The notes beneath the pieces are model-generated. The model was not told where the DNA came from. It ran no database searches and worked only from the letters and a program-made list of their open reading frames with translations. 45,950 nt of DNA from Promethearchaeota archaeon (GTDB lineage: Archaea > Asgardarchaeota > Lokiarchaeia > Sigyniarchaeales > SOKP01): assembly GCA_016930515.1 (NCBI GenBank), contig JAFGGO010000051.1, positions 1-45,950 on the forward strand, written 5' to 3'. The translations under genes were made by a program, and so were the position numbers. This document shows, piece by piece, positions 10,308 to 18,849 of the stretch; the first letter of the stretch is position 1; every line of letters begins with the position of its first letter.

Positions 10308-10565
10308 TGATATTTTCTCGTATGAAGGGGTTATTTGAAATAGATATTGGTTTTTTCGAATCTCTAAAAGTTCTATTCGCTTTATTTTTTTAATGATGTT
10401 TTTTTTATTGTCGAATATTGATAAAAGTCGATTGTCGAATAAAAAGAAAAGAAATCAATATTTAAACTTATGTTTCAACATCGTAGGAGGCTTATAAAAA
10501 TTCATGGGAAAGAATTGATTTAAATAATCATATTATCATCATAAATTATATAGGTTTAAGTTTAA

Positions 10566-10826
10566 ATGACTCGTGAAATGAAGGAGAACAGTTACATCAC
10601 GTACAGAGGTATTTTTCGTGGAAAAAACTTACAGAAGATATCTATTGAACCAAAAAATATGACTAATGCAGAAGATTTAATCGATCTTTTTAAAACAAAA
10701 CTCCCAGAAGACGAAGAGGGCACGCTAGAAATTTATCAAAAAGACTTGGTATCTGGAAGATTGTCTTTTGTAAAGAAGGTCATGATTTATAAGAATTTAT
10801 TTCTTTCGGAGAAAGAATCTAATTAA
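10566..10826 (+). CDS. Hypothetical protein (86 aa)
   Basis: Stand-alone ATG ORF with normal composition, divergent from the GTPase fusion gene. Confidence 0.65.
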   Translation: MTREMKENSYITYRGIFRGKNLQKISIEPKNMTNAEDLIDLFKTKLPEDEEGTLEIYQKDLVSGRLSFVKKVMIYKNLFLSEKESN

Positions 10827-10910
10827 TTAATTTTGTTAGTTCCATTATTTTTTCCAAGAAAAGGTTATTAAGCAAGATTTCTTTTTAAATACAAGAAATT
10901 GGTGGTTTAA

Positions 10911-11483
10911 ACGAAAAAAAATAAAATCAAACCGGGATCTTATATTTTTCCATTACCTATAGTAGTTGTTGGTGCAGTAGTTGAGGGTAAACCAAATTTC
11001 ATGACTATCGCTTGGTGTAGCGTTGTTGAAAGACAACCCCCCATGCTGTCAGTTTCTTGTGCCGATACCCACCATACAAATATTGGGATAAAAAAACATC
11101 AGGCCTTTAGCGTGAACATTCCCTCAGAAGACATGGTTGAAAGAGTGGATTATATTGGCATGTATTCTGGGAAAAAGGTGGACAAATCCCAGGTGTTCGA
11201 AATTTTTTACGGAGATCTCGAAAACGCTCCAATGATTGAGGAAGCTCCTGTTAACATGGAATGCAAGCTGATAAATACCGTTGTTACAGGAAAGGGCCAC
11301 GAAATATTTATCGGAGAAGTCATTGCTGCGTACGCGGAAGAAATATACTTTACTGACGGAACGCTTGATATTACAAAAATCAAACCGCTTGCTTATTCTA
11401 CAGGTCAACAAAAATATTTAACAACGGGAGATATAATTGCTAGCGCTTGGAGCGTTGGAAAAAACCTAGTAAAAAAAAGATAA
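10911..11483 (+). CDS. Flavin reductase / flavoredoxin family protein; conserved N-terminus begins at an ACG codon
   Basis: An in-frame extension from ACG 10911 gives KKNKIKPGSYIFPLPIVVVGAVVEGKPNF before MTIAW. Family motifs FSVNIPS, APMIEEAPVNMEC, HEIFIGEV. SD-like GGTGGT at 10901. Confidence 0.85.
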   Translation, partial: TKKNKIKPGSYIFPLPIVVVGAVVEGKPNFMTIAWCSVVERQPPMLSVSCADTHHTNIGIKKHQAFSVNIPSEDMVERVDYIGMYSGKKVDKSQVFEIFYGDLENAPMIEEAPVNMECKLINTVVTGKGHEIFIGEVIAAYAEEIYFTDGTLDITKIKPLAYSTGQQKYLTTGDIIASAWSVGKNLVKKR

Positions 11484-11531
11484 GTTAATTCATGCATCGT
11501 TCCTACCTCAAAATAATTAGAGGTAATTTAT

Positions 11532-12359
11532 CTAAATAGAACTTCGCTTTTTTATATTCATCCTAAAGACAATACCATTAATAAATAAATTTAATCCAAT
11601 AATTAAAAATGCAATACCAATGTTTAATCCCATTGGATCGTTATCTATTGCTCCAATTATAGTAATTGGTGTTCCGAGAATTAACAATAATACACCAGAA
11701 ATTATCATGACTGCGAGATAGGTCGGATGCAATTCAAGTCGAAATCCTAAATTAGCGAAAATCCTATACATGTTATAGGAAACGGCTTTTTTTGATACCG
11801 TATCAAATGCTTTTTGAGGTATGTCCTCGTCGTCTTTTAGAGAATTTGCTGCAATATCAAATCCCTTTACATAAAACCTTCCGGGGCCGCTCTTTCTTTT
11901 AAGTGGAGCCCCATTAATTGCTCCCCCTCCACCAGCGGCAAATCCACCTTTCCATGTAAAACCACATTCTTCGGAGATGATCCTACAGATACGTAATGCT
12001 AGCTTGATCTGGGACGATTCTGGAAAGCCATTATTGCATATTGCAATGAAAAAAGGGGCATTTTTATTTTCCAGCTTATCCCGTTCTTCTTTGATTAATT
12101 CCATTGTTTTAATCACGGGAGCAGGCAAGCAATCTATGTAGAGTGGGAAGGATAAAACGATTATATCCGTGTTATTAATCAATTTAACGAGCTCTTTTAT
12201 TTTTTCTTCGTGATTATATATTCGATGGATATATCTTTTATCTATAGCCGATACATGTCCTTCTAACTTTGAGCATAAATAATTTCCAAGAGATGCCGAG
12301 GTACTCTTTTCAGATTTTGGACTACCAACTAAAAGTAGAGCTTTTTTATTGCCATTCAT
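11532..12359 (-). CDS. NAD(P)H-dependent FMN reductase / flavodoxin-like protein with an extra C-terminal 2-TM tail
   Basis: GSPK...STS, FPLYIDCLPA, NNGFPE. Hydrophobic tail after FANLGF. Confidence 0.8.
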   Translation of the reverse strand: MNGNKKALLLVGSPKSEKSTSASLGNYLCSKLEGHVSAIDKRYIHRIYNHEEKIKELVKLINNTDIIVLSFPLYIDCLPAPVIKTMELIKEERDKLENKNAPFFIAICNNGFPESSQIKLALRICRIISEECGFTWKGGFAAGGGGAINGAPLKRKSGPGRFYVKGFDIAANSLKDDEDIPQKAFDTVSKKAVSYNMYRIFANLGFRLELHPTYLAVMIISGVLLLILGTPITIIGAIDNDPMGLNIGIAFLIIGLNLFINGIVFRMNIKKRSSI

Positions 12360-12952
12360 AGATGTTCCTCCACCTTCTTTAAAATTTGAGCAAAATAATT
12401 TACCAATTCGTTTTGATTTTGGGTAATCGTGTAAATTATTGCTTCGTGAACTGGTCCTCCCATGTTCAGTGAATTACGATAGACTAATTCCTTGAATATT
12501 GATTCTTTTTCGTCATTTGATTCGTTCAAAATTCCTATTGTAATTATTGACGGTCTTTTTTCAAACCGAAATTTGTGATGAGTTTCCCCCTTTCTCCTCG
12601 TTAAAAAAGGTAATAATAGTGGTATGAACCTATCTAATACTTTCTTCAATTGGTAGGAATATCCACCGAATACAATCGGTGTAAAATGAACGATCAAATT
12701 AGTAAGTCCCATTTTTTCAATAATTTCGCGCCCATTATCTGCTATTCGGCATTGTCCAGGTGTTGTTAACCAACAATCAAAACAACCTTGGCAAGGGGCA
12801 ATAGAAACATCTTTTAAAGCTAGATGTTCTACTTCGTATTGATTTCTTTCAAGCTCTTCTATAATAAGAGATTTCATGTTTTCAGAATCTCCTTTATTGT
12901 CTGAAAACCCATTTAATACTAGTGCTTTCATTCCTTTGGTCTGTTTACTCAT
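12356..12952 (-). CDS. Flavodoxin / iron-sulfur flavoprotein family protein
   Basis: CQGCFDCW.TPGQC cysteine motif and TPIVFGGYS..LKKVLDR. ATGA overlap with the downstream gene. Confidence 0.85.
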   Translation of the reverse strand: MSKQTKGMKALVLNGFSDNKGDSENMKSLIIEELERNQYEVEHLALKDVSIAPCQGCFDCWLTTPGQCRIADNGREIIEKMGLTNLIVHFTPIVFGGYSYQLKKVLDRFIPLLLPFLTRRKGETHHKFRFEKRPSIITIGILNESNDEKESIFKELVYRNSLNMGGPVHEAIIYTITQNQNELVNYFAQILKKVEEHL

Positions 12953-13134
12953 TGAATTAATTTTATTTTTTATTCAATTATAATATGGACTGTATGGGTT
13001 TAAAAAATTAATGCACTTTTATCTCTATGACTATTAGGTTGGTGAGAGTGGAAAAATTGGCGTCTAATAACATATTATACCTTCCTATACTCTTTCGACT
13101 AAAAATATCACCTGGATCTTATCAGAAAATTTAA

Positions 13135-13677
13135 ATGATTTTGATGAGTATAAAAGTTATGGCATTTGTACCGTTAGAGGAGACCTTTAAATTTAGTGGT
13201 ACTACAAAAGCTCTCGGTGTTTTGATAGCAAGCACGGTAACAAGTGTGATTCTTTTACTTATTATTTATCCGTTCGTAAACGATTATGACTCGTTTTGGC
13301 TGGGAAGTGCATTTCTACTCCTGCCCCTTGCCTTAATAGGTGCCGTTTTTTTGATAAACTTTCTCTTTCAAGTTATTAAATGTACTTATAAAAAACCATC
13401 AAGTTCCTGCCATTCTGGTCAACCATCGGGAAAAAAATCGAGTAAGAAGATCAGTATTAAATTAAAAATAAAAATTTCGCTTGGAGGTACTAGTGTAACT
13501 GGTGGAACCATAAGTTTTTGGTTTTTTTCCGATATAACTGCAAATATAGGAGATGTATTGTCGTTTTGGGCTGGTGTGGGTTTCTGGGTATTATGTATTG
13601 TTATTGCAATTGGTTATTTCTGCGTTGTTTTCGAGGTTAGATGTTGGTTCGTAAAACCTTCAAGTAGTTGCCATTAA
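13135..13677 (+). CDS. Membrane protein with an internal repeat; each half ends in C-x3-KPSSSCH
   Basis: Several hydrophobic segments. DSFWLG...KCTYKKPSSSCH versus LSFWAG...RCWFVKPSSSCH. Confidence 0.7.
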   Translation: MILMSIKVMAFVPLEETFKFSGTTKALGVLIASTVTSVILLLIIYPFVNDYDSFWLGSAFLLLPLALIGAVFLINFLFQVIKCTYKKPSSSCHSGQPSGKKSSKKISIKLKIKISLGGTSVTGGTISFWFFSDITANIGDVLSFWAGVGFWVLCIVIAIGYFCVVFEVRCWFVKPSSSCH

Positions 13678-13781
13678 ACTTACCATATAAAAATTTAATA
13701 CTATCAAATGGTATTGAATTGATTTAATAACTATTAAAAATACGGAAAAAAGATGGGAATTATATAGATATTTATTCTAAC

Positions 13782-14993
13782 CTATATTATATTCAAATCC
13801 TTCCCAATTTTCGTGATAATATCAAGTGCTAAATCGACAAGCTCATCGTTCATGGTTGCCATACATGATGTTCTAAGCATTTCACGGCCTATTGGGACGG
13901 CTGGAGATCGAATTGGGTTGGTAAATACGCTAGTAGGCGTTTCTTTAAAGAGTTTATTGAAATATTCGAACATTTTCAGCTTATTACCAATAATAATCGG
14001 GATTATCGCTGATTGAGAACATCCTATGTGAAAACCTGCTTCTGAAAGTCCTTTCCTCATTCTTTCCGAGATCGATAGTAGCTTTTTTTGATATCCATCG
14101 TCCGATTCGATAATATCTAGCACGGCTAAAACCGTGGCGCAGACGGAGGGTGGTGGTGAGGCTGAAAAAATGAACGATCGAGCGTTGTGCTTTATCCAAT
14201 TGCAAATTTCCTCGCTTCCTGCAACGAATCCTCCAATACTCGCAAAACTCTTTGAGAAAGTCCCCATGATCATGTCTATATTTTTTTGACAACCTAAATG
14301 ATGACAAGTTCCCCTACCGTGGTTTCCTAAAACCCCCAATCCGTGAGCGTCGTCTAAATAAATCAGGGCATCGTAATCTCCTGCTAAATCCACAATATGA
14401 TCTAAAGGAGATACATCGCCCTCCATTGAAAATACGCCTTCGGTAATTATAATGCCCCTGCCTTTGGGGATCAGCTTAAGCTTAGCTTCGAGATCCTCCA
14501 TGTCACAATGTTCGTAAATTAATTTGTGTTTTTGACTTATACCCCCTAACTTAACCCCGTCGATGATCGAGGCGTGATTAGCCTTATCGGAAATTACCCA
14601 CTCGTCTTCTTCGGTTAGAATGGAAGAAATCGCTCCGAGATTTGCTTGCATGCCCGTTGAAAAAACAACGCTCTGCTCACACCCTAAGAATCTGGCTAAA
14701 CGCTTTTCTAATTCGAGATGTAATTCCATGGTCCCATTTAATAGGCGTGAACCCGTAGTTCCAACCCCATATTCCTCAATGGCGTGCATTGCCTTTCTTT
14801 TTACATCGGGATGAGATGTCATGCCAAGATAATTATTGCTACCAAGCATGAGAACGTCTCTGTTATCCATTACGACTCTTGGATTTTGTTCGCCTTCGAT
14901 CTTAAAGAAATAAGGATAATAATGGAGTTTTTTAGCAAGTGTCGGGAGGCCTTCCTTCCAAAAACTCTCAAATTTTCGTTTAATTTCGTTCAT
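13782..14993 (-). CDS. PLP-dependent alpha-oxoamine synthase, serine palmitoyltransferase-like (bacterial SPT type)
   Basis: YPYF, GSNNYLG, GSRLLNGT, NHASIIDG, GVFSMEGD, DDAHGLGVLG, GTFSKS (PLP lysine), RSFIFSAS. Confidence 0.85.
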   Translation of the reverse strand: MNEIKRKFESFWKEGLPTLAKKLHYYPYFFKIEGEQNPRVVMDNRDVLMLGSNNYLGMTSHPDVKRKAMHAIEEYGVGTTGSRLLNGTMELHLELEKRLARFLGCEQSVVFSTGMQANLGAISSILTEEDEWVISDKANHASIIDGVKLGGISQKHKLIYEHCDMEDLEAKLKLIPKGRGIIITEGVFSMEGDVSPLDHIVDLAGDYDALIYLDDAHGLGVLGNHGRGTCHHLGCQKNIDMIMGTFSKSFASIGGFVAGSEEICNWIKHNARSFIFSASPPPSVCATVLAVLDIIESDDGYQKKLLSISERMRKGLSEAGFHIGCSQSAIIPIIIGNKLKMFEYFNKLFKETPTSVFTNPIRSPAVPIGREMLRTSCMATMNDELVDLALDIITKIGKDLNII

Positions 14994-15191
14994 AGTTTTT
15001 TTTCGCTCGTTTCAATTATTGATTTGAATTTTTTTCAATTTCACATACTTTCCCGCTTTCTATTCGAAATAATATCGATTAATGAAATCAAATGAGCGTT
15101 GTTTTAAAAACATGTGTGGGAAATAAATGAACTTTTTCAAGAACATTCTTATATTTTTAAATCAATTATAATTTAACGTACGATTTATAGT

Positions 15192-16229
15192 TCAAGAGCG
15201 AAGGAAGCACTGAAGATCCTCTCCAAACTCGGAATTAGTAAGCGCCTTGGCAATAGCCCGACATCCTCCACAAGTCGTAATGTGCTTGCAATTCCCGCAT
15301 TTTCCCTCGTAGTCATCCCGGTTTCGAAAAGCGATCATGCATGGAGAATTCCATAGTGTTTCAAAAGTATCGGTTTTAATATTGCCAATTACCGAGTTTA
15401 ACCTGCGACACGGCATGACGTCTCCGTTTTCCACGACGCAAATGCCGCTGATTCCGGCGCTACACCCGTGGGTGACGTTCTCACCACAATAAGTAGTCCA
15501 AAGTGGATCGTGCAACGCAAAACGAATAAATTTTCCGTATTTTTTATTTATTTTTTTGATCTTCTTAAAAACCTGTTTAAGCTCGTCTTTCGACAATATT
15601 TGATCTTTTAACAATATCCCATTGCCCTCTGGAACCAATCTTCCGAACGAAAATTCATTAGCACCATGAAGGATAGCGTGTCGAACGATCCCCTCAATAT
15701 CTTTGGAGTTCCACCTTCCAAGCGTTGTCATGATAGTCGTGAATAATCCTGCTTTTGAGCATTCTTCGATACCCTTGGTTGCCTTTTTAAACGAACCAGG
15801 ACCGCGAATAAGATCGTGAGAGGATTCCAAACCGTCAATGCTTATTTGAGCGATATTTAATCCCGCACCAACTAACTTTCTTACCTTGTATTCGGTAATT
15901 AGCGTTCCATTTGAAAGTATCATTGTTACTAAACCAAGATTTCTTGCGCTTGAAATATAATCGTATAAATTTGGATCCAATAGGGGTTCTCCTCCCGTAA
16001 AATAAATTTTTCCCTTCCATCCAAAACCTTTAACAAAAGACTGAAATTTTTCAATTATTTCAAATATTTCGTTAGGTTTGAGAAGATTTATTACTTTATG
16101 CTCTAATCCTCTCTCGTAGCAATGCGCACATCTCAAATTGCACTTATTATTGATGTGTAATTGCAAGTAAAACAAGTTTCTTGACTTGATTGTTTTTTGA
16201 GAACAATTCTTTTCACTATATCCTATCAT
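15192..16229 (-). CDS. Radical SAM/SPASM domain protein (peptide/protein maturase type)
   Basis: CNLRCAHC, FTGGEP, QISIDG. SPASM cysteines CSAG...GDVMPC...CGNC-x5-CGGC...DLQC. Confidence 0.92.
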   Translation of the reverse strand: MIGYSEKNCSQKTIKSRNLFYLQLHINNKCNLRCAHCYERGLEHKVINLLKPNEIFEIIEKFQSFVKGFGWKGKIYFTGGEPLLDPNLYDYISSARNLGLVTMILSNGTLITEYKVRKLVGAGLNIAQISIDGLESSHDLIRGPGSFKKATKGIEECSKAGLFTTIMTTLGRWNSKDIEGIVRHAILHGANEFSFGRLVPEGNGILLKDQILSKDELKQVFKKIKKINKKYGKFIRFALHDPLWTTYCGENVTHGCSAGISGICVVENGDVMPCRRLNSVIGNIKTDTFETLWNSPCMIAFRNRDDYEGKCGNCKHITTCGGCRAIAKALTNSEFGEDLQCFLRS

Positions 16230-16260
16230 TCTTATCCATCTTTTCCTCTAATGTAATTAT

Positions 16261-16303
16261 TTGATTATGGATTTTTAAAAAAATCCAATTGAATAAAAAT
16301 CAA
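16261..16303. promoter_or_regulatory. Inverted repeat / hairpin between the Gly-Cys-tail gene and the rSAM gene
   Basis: TGGATTTTT-AA-AAAAATCCA at 16268-16287, with outer arms TTGATT (16261) and AATCAA (16298). Confidence 0.45.
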
Positions 16304-16304
16304 T

Positions 16305-17267
16305 TCATCCTCCACATCCTCCGCATCCCCCTCCACCTCCTCCACCTCCTCCACACCCTCCACATCCACTGAAATATCCCAAACTCCTTCTTCTCTCATC
16401 TTTTGCCTGCTCTTTTTCCTTCCATTCCTCAAGCGTTAGCCTGCTATTTCTTATGTGAAGTATCACTTTTACTATAACTACAATTCCAATAAAAGACACT
16501 CCGATGAGGACTAGTAATATGATATAGATACTTACCCAGGGTACCGTTTTCGTGAGGTTCGGCGTGATGTCGAAAGCAAGGCTACTTGAAATCGAATCAG
16601 TTTGAACAAGGGTATACACCCAATAATCACCTTCCTGCTCGAAGCTTGTTTGTCCTGGAGCGGATGTTCGAACTGTTCCAGCATCGTAAGAAGCTGGGAA
16701 ATTGATGGTATATTCTGCTCTACTCACGGGAATGGAAAACTTGCCGAAATTATTGAGAAATAGCTGTGAGCAAGAAAAAGTTTCGATTATCCAGTTTTTC
16801 ATGAGGAAAGACATTGTGATCGTTTTTACCCCTGTAAATTCGGTGTGATAAAACTTGATTTCTATGTAATATTTGTTGTCGCGACCTTCGAATTCGCTAT
16901 AATCCCAATTTAACTGGGATCCTGTATCGTCGTAAACGCGAATGGATGATTCCTGAATCGAAGGTGCATTTCCGAGTGGAAAGTATCCGGGTGGTCGAAA
17001 TCGTTTATAACCCTCGTATTTCGTTCCGCTCGTGACATTATAAGTAATACTCACTCGAGCCAGAACATCAAGATCGTAAATTTCTAAATACACCTCGTAA
17101 TTAGATATTGTATAAACCGAATCGGCCAAGCGAATCGCTTCCTCTTCTTCAATTATATCATGCTCTTGGGTAATTATTTGCGCTGCGACCAAACTTGGAG
17201 CAAGAAGCGGTATCAATAACAAGAAAAATCCACTAATTACTTTCTTTATTGAACTATTTCTTAACAA
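16305..17267 (-). CDS. Single-pass membrane protein (DUF2207-like ectodomain) with a cytoplasmic GCGGC-G9-CGGCGG tail
   Basis: TTG start with SD-like AGGTGG, signal peptide, beta-rich ectodomain, TM helix (WVSIYIILLVLIG...), charged linker, then a Gly/Cys tail resembling those of TIGR04222-type proteins. Confidence 0.8.
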   Translation of the reverse strand: MLRNSSIKKVISGFFLLLIPLLAPSLVAAQIITQEHDIIEEEEAIRLADSVYTISNYEVYLEIYDLDVLARVSITYNVTSGTKYEGYKRFRPPGYFPLGNAPSIQESSIRVYDDTGSQLNWDYSEFEGRDNKYYIEIKFYHTEFTGVKTITMSFLMKNWIIETFSCSQLFLNNFGKFSIPVSRAEYTINFPASYDAGTVRTSAPGQTSFEQEGDYWVYTLVQTDSISSSLAFDITPNLTKTVPWVSIYIILLVLIGVSFIGIVVIVKVILHIRNSRLTLEEWKEKEQAKDERRRSLGYFSGCGGCGGGGGGGGGCGGCGG

Positions 17268-17465
17268 TCTTTAACCACCTTGTCTTTTGGTTTCAATTTT
17301 TTTATTCTATATTTATTACTATCTTGGTCACCTATTTAAATGTTATGAACAGGAATACCAATCTCGATGGACACGATCACCCTAATAATGTACATATCGA
17401 TATATAGGAAAAGTTATAATTTCAATTTACTGGGATTTAGAAAGCCATAAGAACGAGAAAACCTT

Positions 17466-17926
17466 TTGTCAAATCCTATGCTTAATGTGGATCTGTCCCT
17501 TCTTAGTCCTGCTACTATCGAGGACCTTGATCTCCTTGCTCAAATGAACGAAGAATTTCGTAAAGCCGAACGAGCCGACGACGATATGACTATCGAAGAA
17601 ATAAAGTCCCGGATGCGATCGATTATGGAAGAAGATGCTTTTTGCGTGTATTTACTTGCCAAAGAGGATGATATTTACGGATATACCGTCATCGATCTCT
17701 CTCGAAAACGGGATTATCTTCGTCATCTCCTAATTCGTGAAGAATACCGAAAATGCGATACGGAAAGCGGCTAATCCAATTAATGATGCAAAATCACGGA
17801 ATATCTTCCTTGGAAATCGATGTTTTCGTTTGGAACGAGGAGGCCATCAAATTTTACGAGAAATTAGGCTTTACCAAGCGATGTTATCAAATGCGTTTAA
17901 GTTCCTCTTCAAAACGCCAAGATTAA
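17466..17926 (+). pseudogene. GNAT acetyltransferase with a 1-bp frameshift
   Basis: Inserting one G at about 17757 restores motif A (EYRKCGYGKRL) and continues EIDVFVWNEEAIKFYEKLGF to TAA 17924-17926. Confidence 0.85.
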
Positions 17927-18013
17927 CGCATCAAATCGTTATCCTTGGGTTATGTCTTGATCTAATTGAAGGTGATTAAATTAAATAATAACTAGAAAAA
18001 AAAAATATGTTAA

Positions 18014-18571
18014 TTATGTGGACCAATACAACTTGAATTGCGTCACATCGTCTCCTTCCCAGGATTTTTTAAGGAATGTAAAATTTACCTTTTTTTTTAA
18101 GCACAGTTCAAGTGCTCTTTGTGTCCATCCAATTGTCGTGTAATACCACAATTCAAACTTGGGATCGAAATCGCTTAAAGTGTAGATTAACTCGTTATCA
18201 GTTATCCACTCTAACGAGGTGCTTCCAAAATTAAAAAGCATCGTGTGAAATCGGGGGTACATTTGCACGAGTTTTCGAGCGTCACCGCCTGTAATGAGAT
18301 TCTTGTATATCGATGTCATCACAGTTTCACCAAAGTTCCGTCCCCATTTAATAACAAGCTCGCGATTGTTCTTGGCAACGACTTTAATTAAAGTGTTATA
18401 AAGTTCGAAATATACTTCGTACGAATACCAAATTGAGTCCATAATGCGTTGATTCAAGTAATCTTTTGCCTTGTCCGATAACAACTCGTTATATTCTTTC
18501 TCGTGGACCTTATCCGACTTAATTCCCTTCGTAATTACTTTTACCAATGTTCCTTTAACTTTTCGTTCCAC
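18014..18571 (-). CDS. V4R/DUF2378-like paralogue 1
   Basis: VKGT...IMDSIWY...WGRNFG...YPRFH...NFG...GW...KKSWEGDD.TQF.L.W pattern shared with three neighbours. GTG start. Confidence 0.75.
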   Translation of the reverse strand: MERKVKGTLVKVITKGIKSDKVHEKEYNELLSDKAKDYLNQRIMDSIWYSYEVYFELYNTLIKVVAKNNRELVIKWGRNFGETVMTSIYKNLITGGDARKLVQMYPRFHTMLFNFGSTSLEWITDNELIYTLSDFDPKFELWYYTTIGWTQRALELCLKKKVNFTFLKKSWEGDDVTQFKLYWST

Positions 18572-18849
18572 TAAATAACCCCTACATTAGATGAAGATTT
18601 TTAATTAACTTGTGACAATAATGAAAAAACACCTATTTATAAATTTGGTATGCAAAAATGATCGTTTTCGCGCGAATTATTGGCGAAAACAGATCTTCAC
18701 TTTTGTTCTTACCAATCAAATATCTTTTAATCTCTTATTTTTTACTTTATAAAGCAATATATCTTCTAATAGTAAATTGAATATTTCAATTAATTTTCAA
18801 AAGAACAAAATTAAAGTCATTTTATTAATTGTAATAAATTGAATTAATC

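Noticed and set aside
17737-17979. 80-aa ORF as the second half of the GNAT gene
   Set aside because: Wrong frame. The GNAT motifs continue in the frame ending at 17926.
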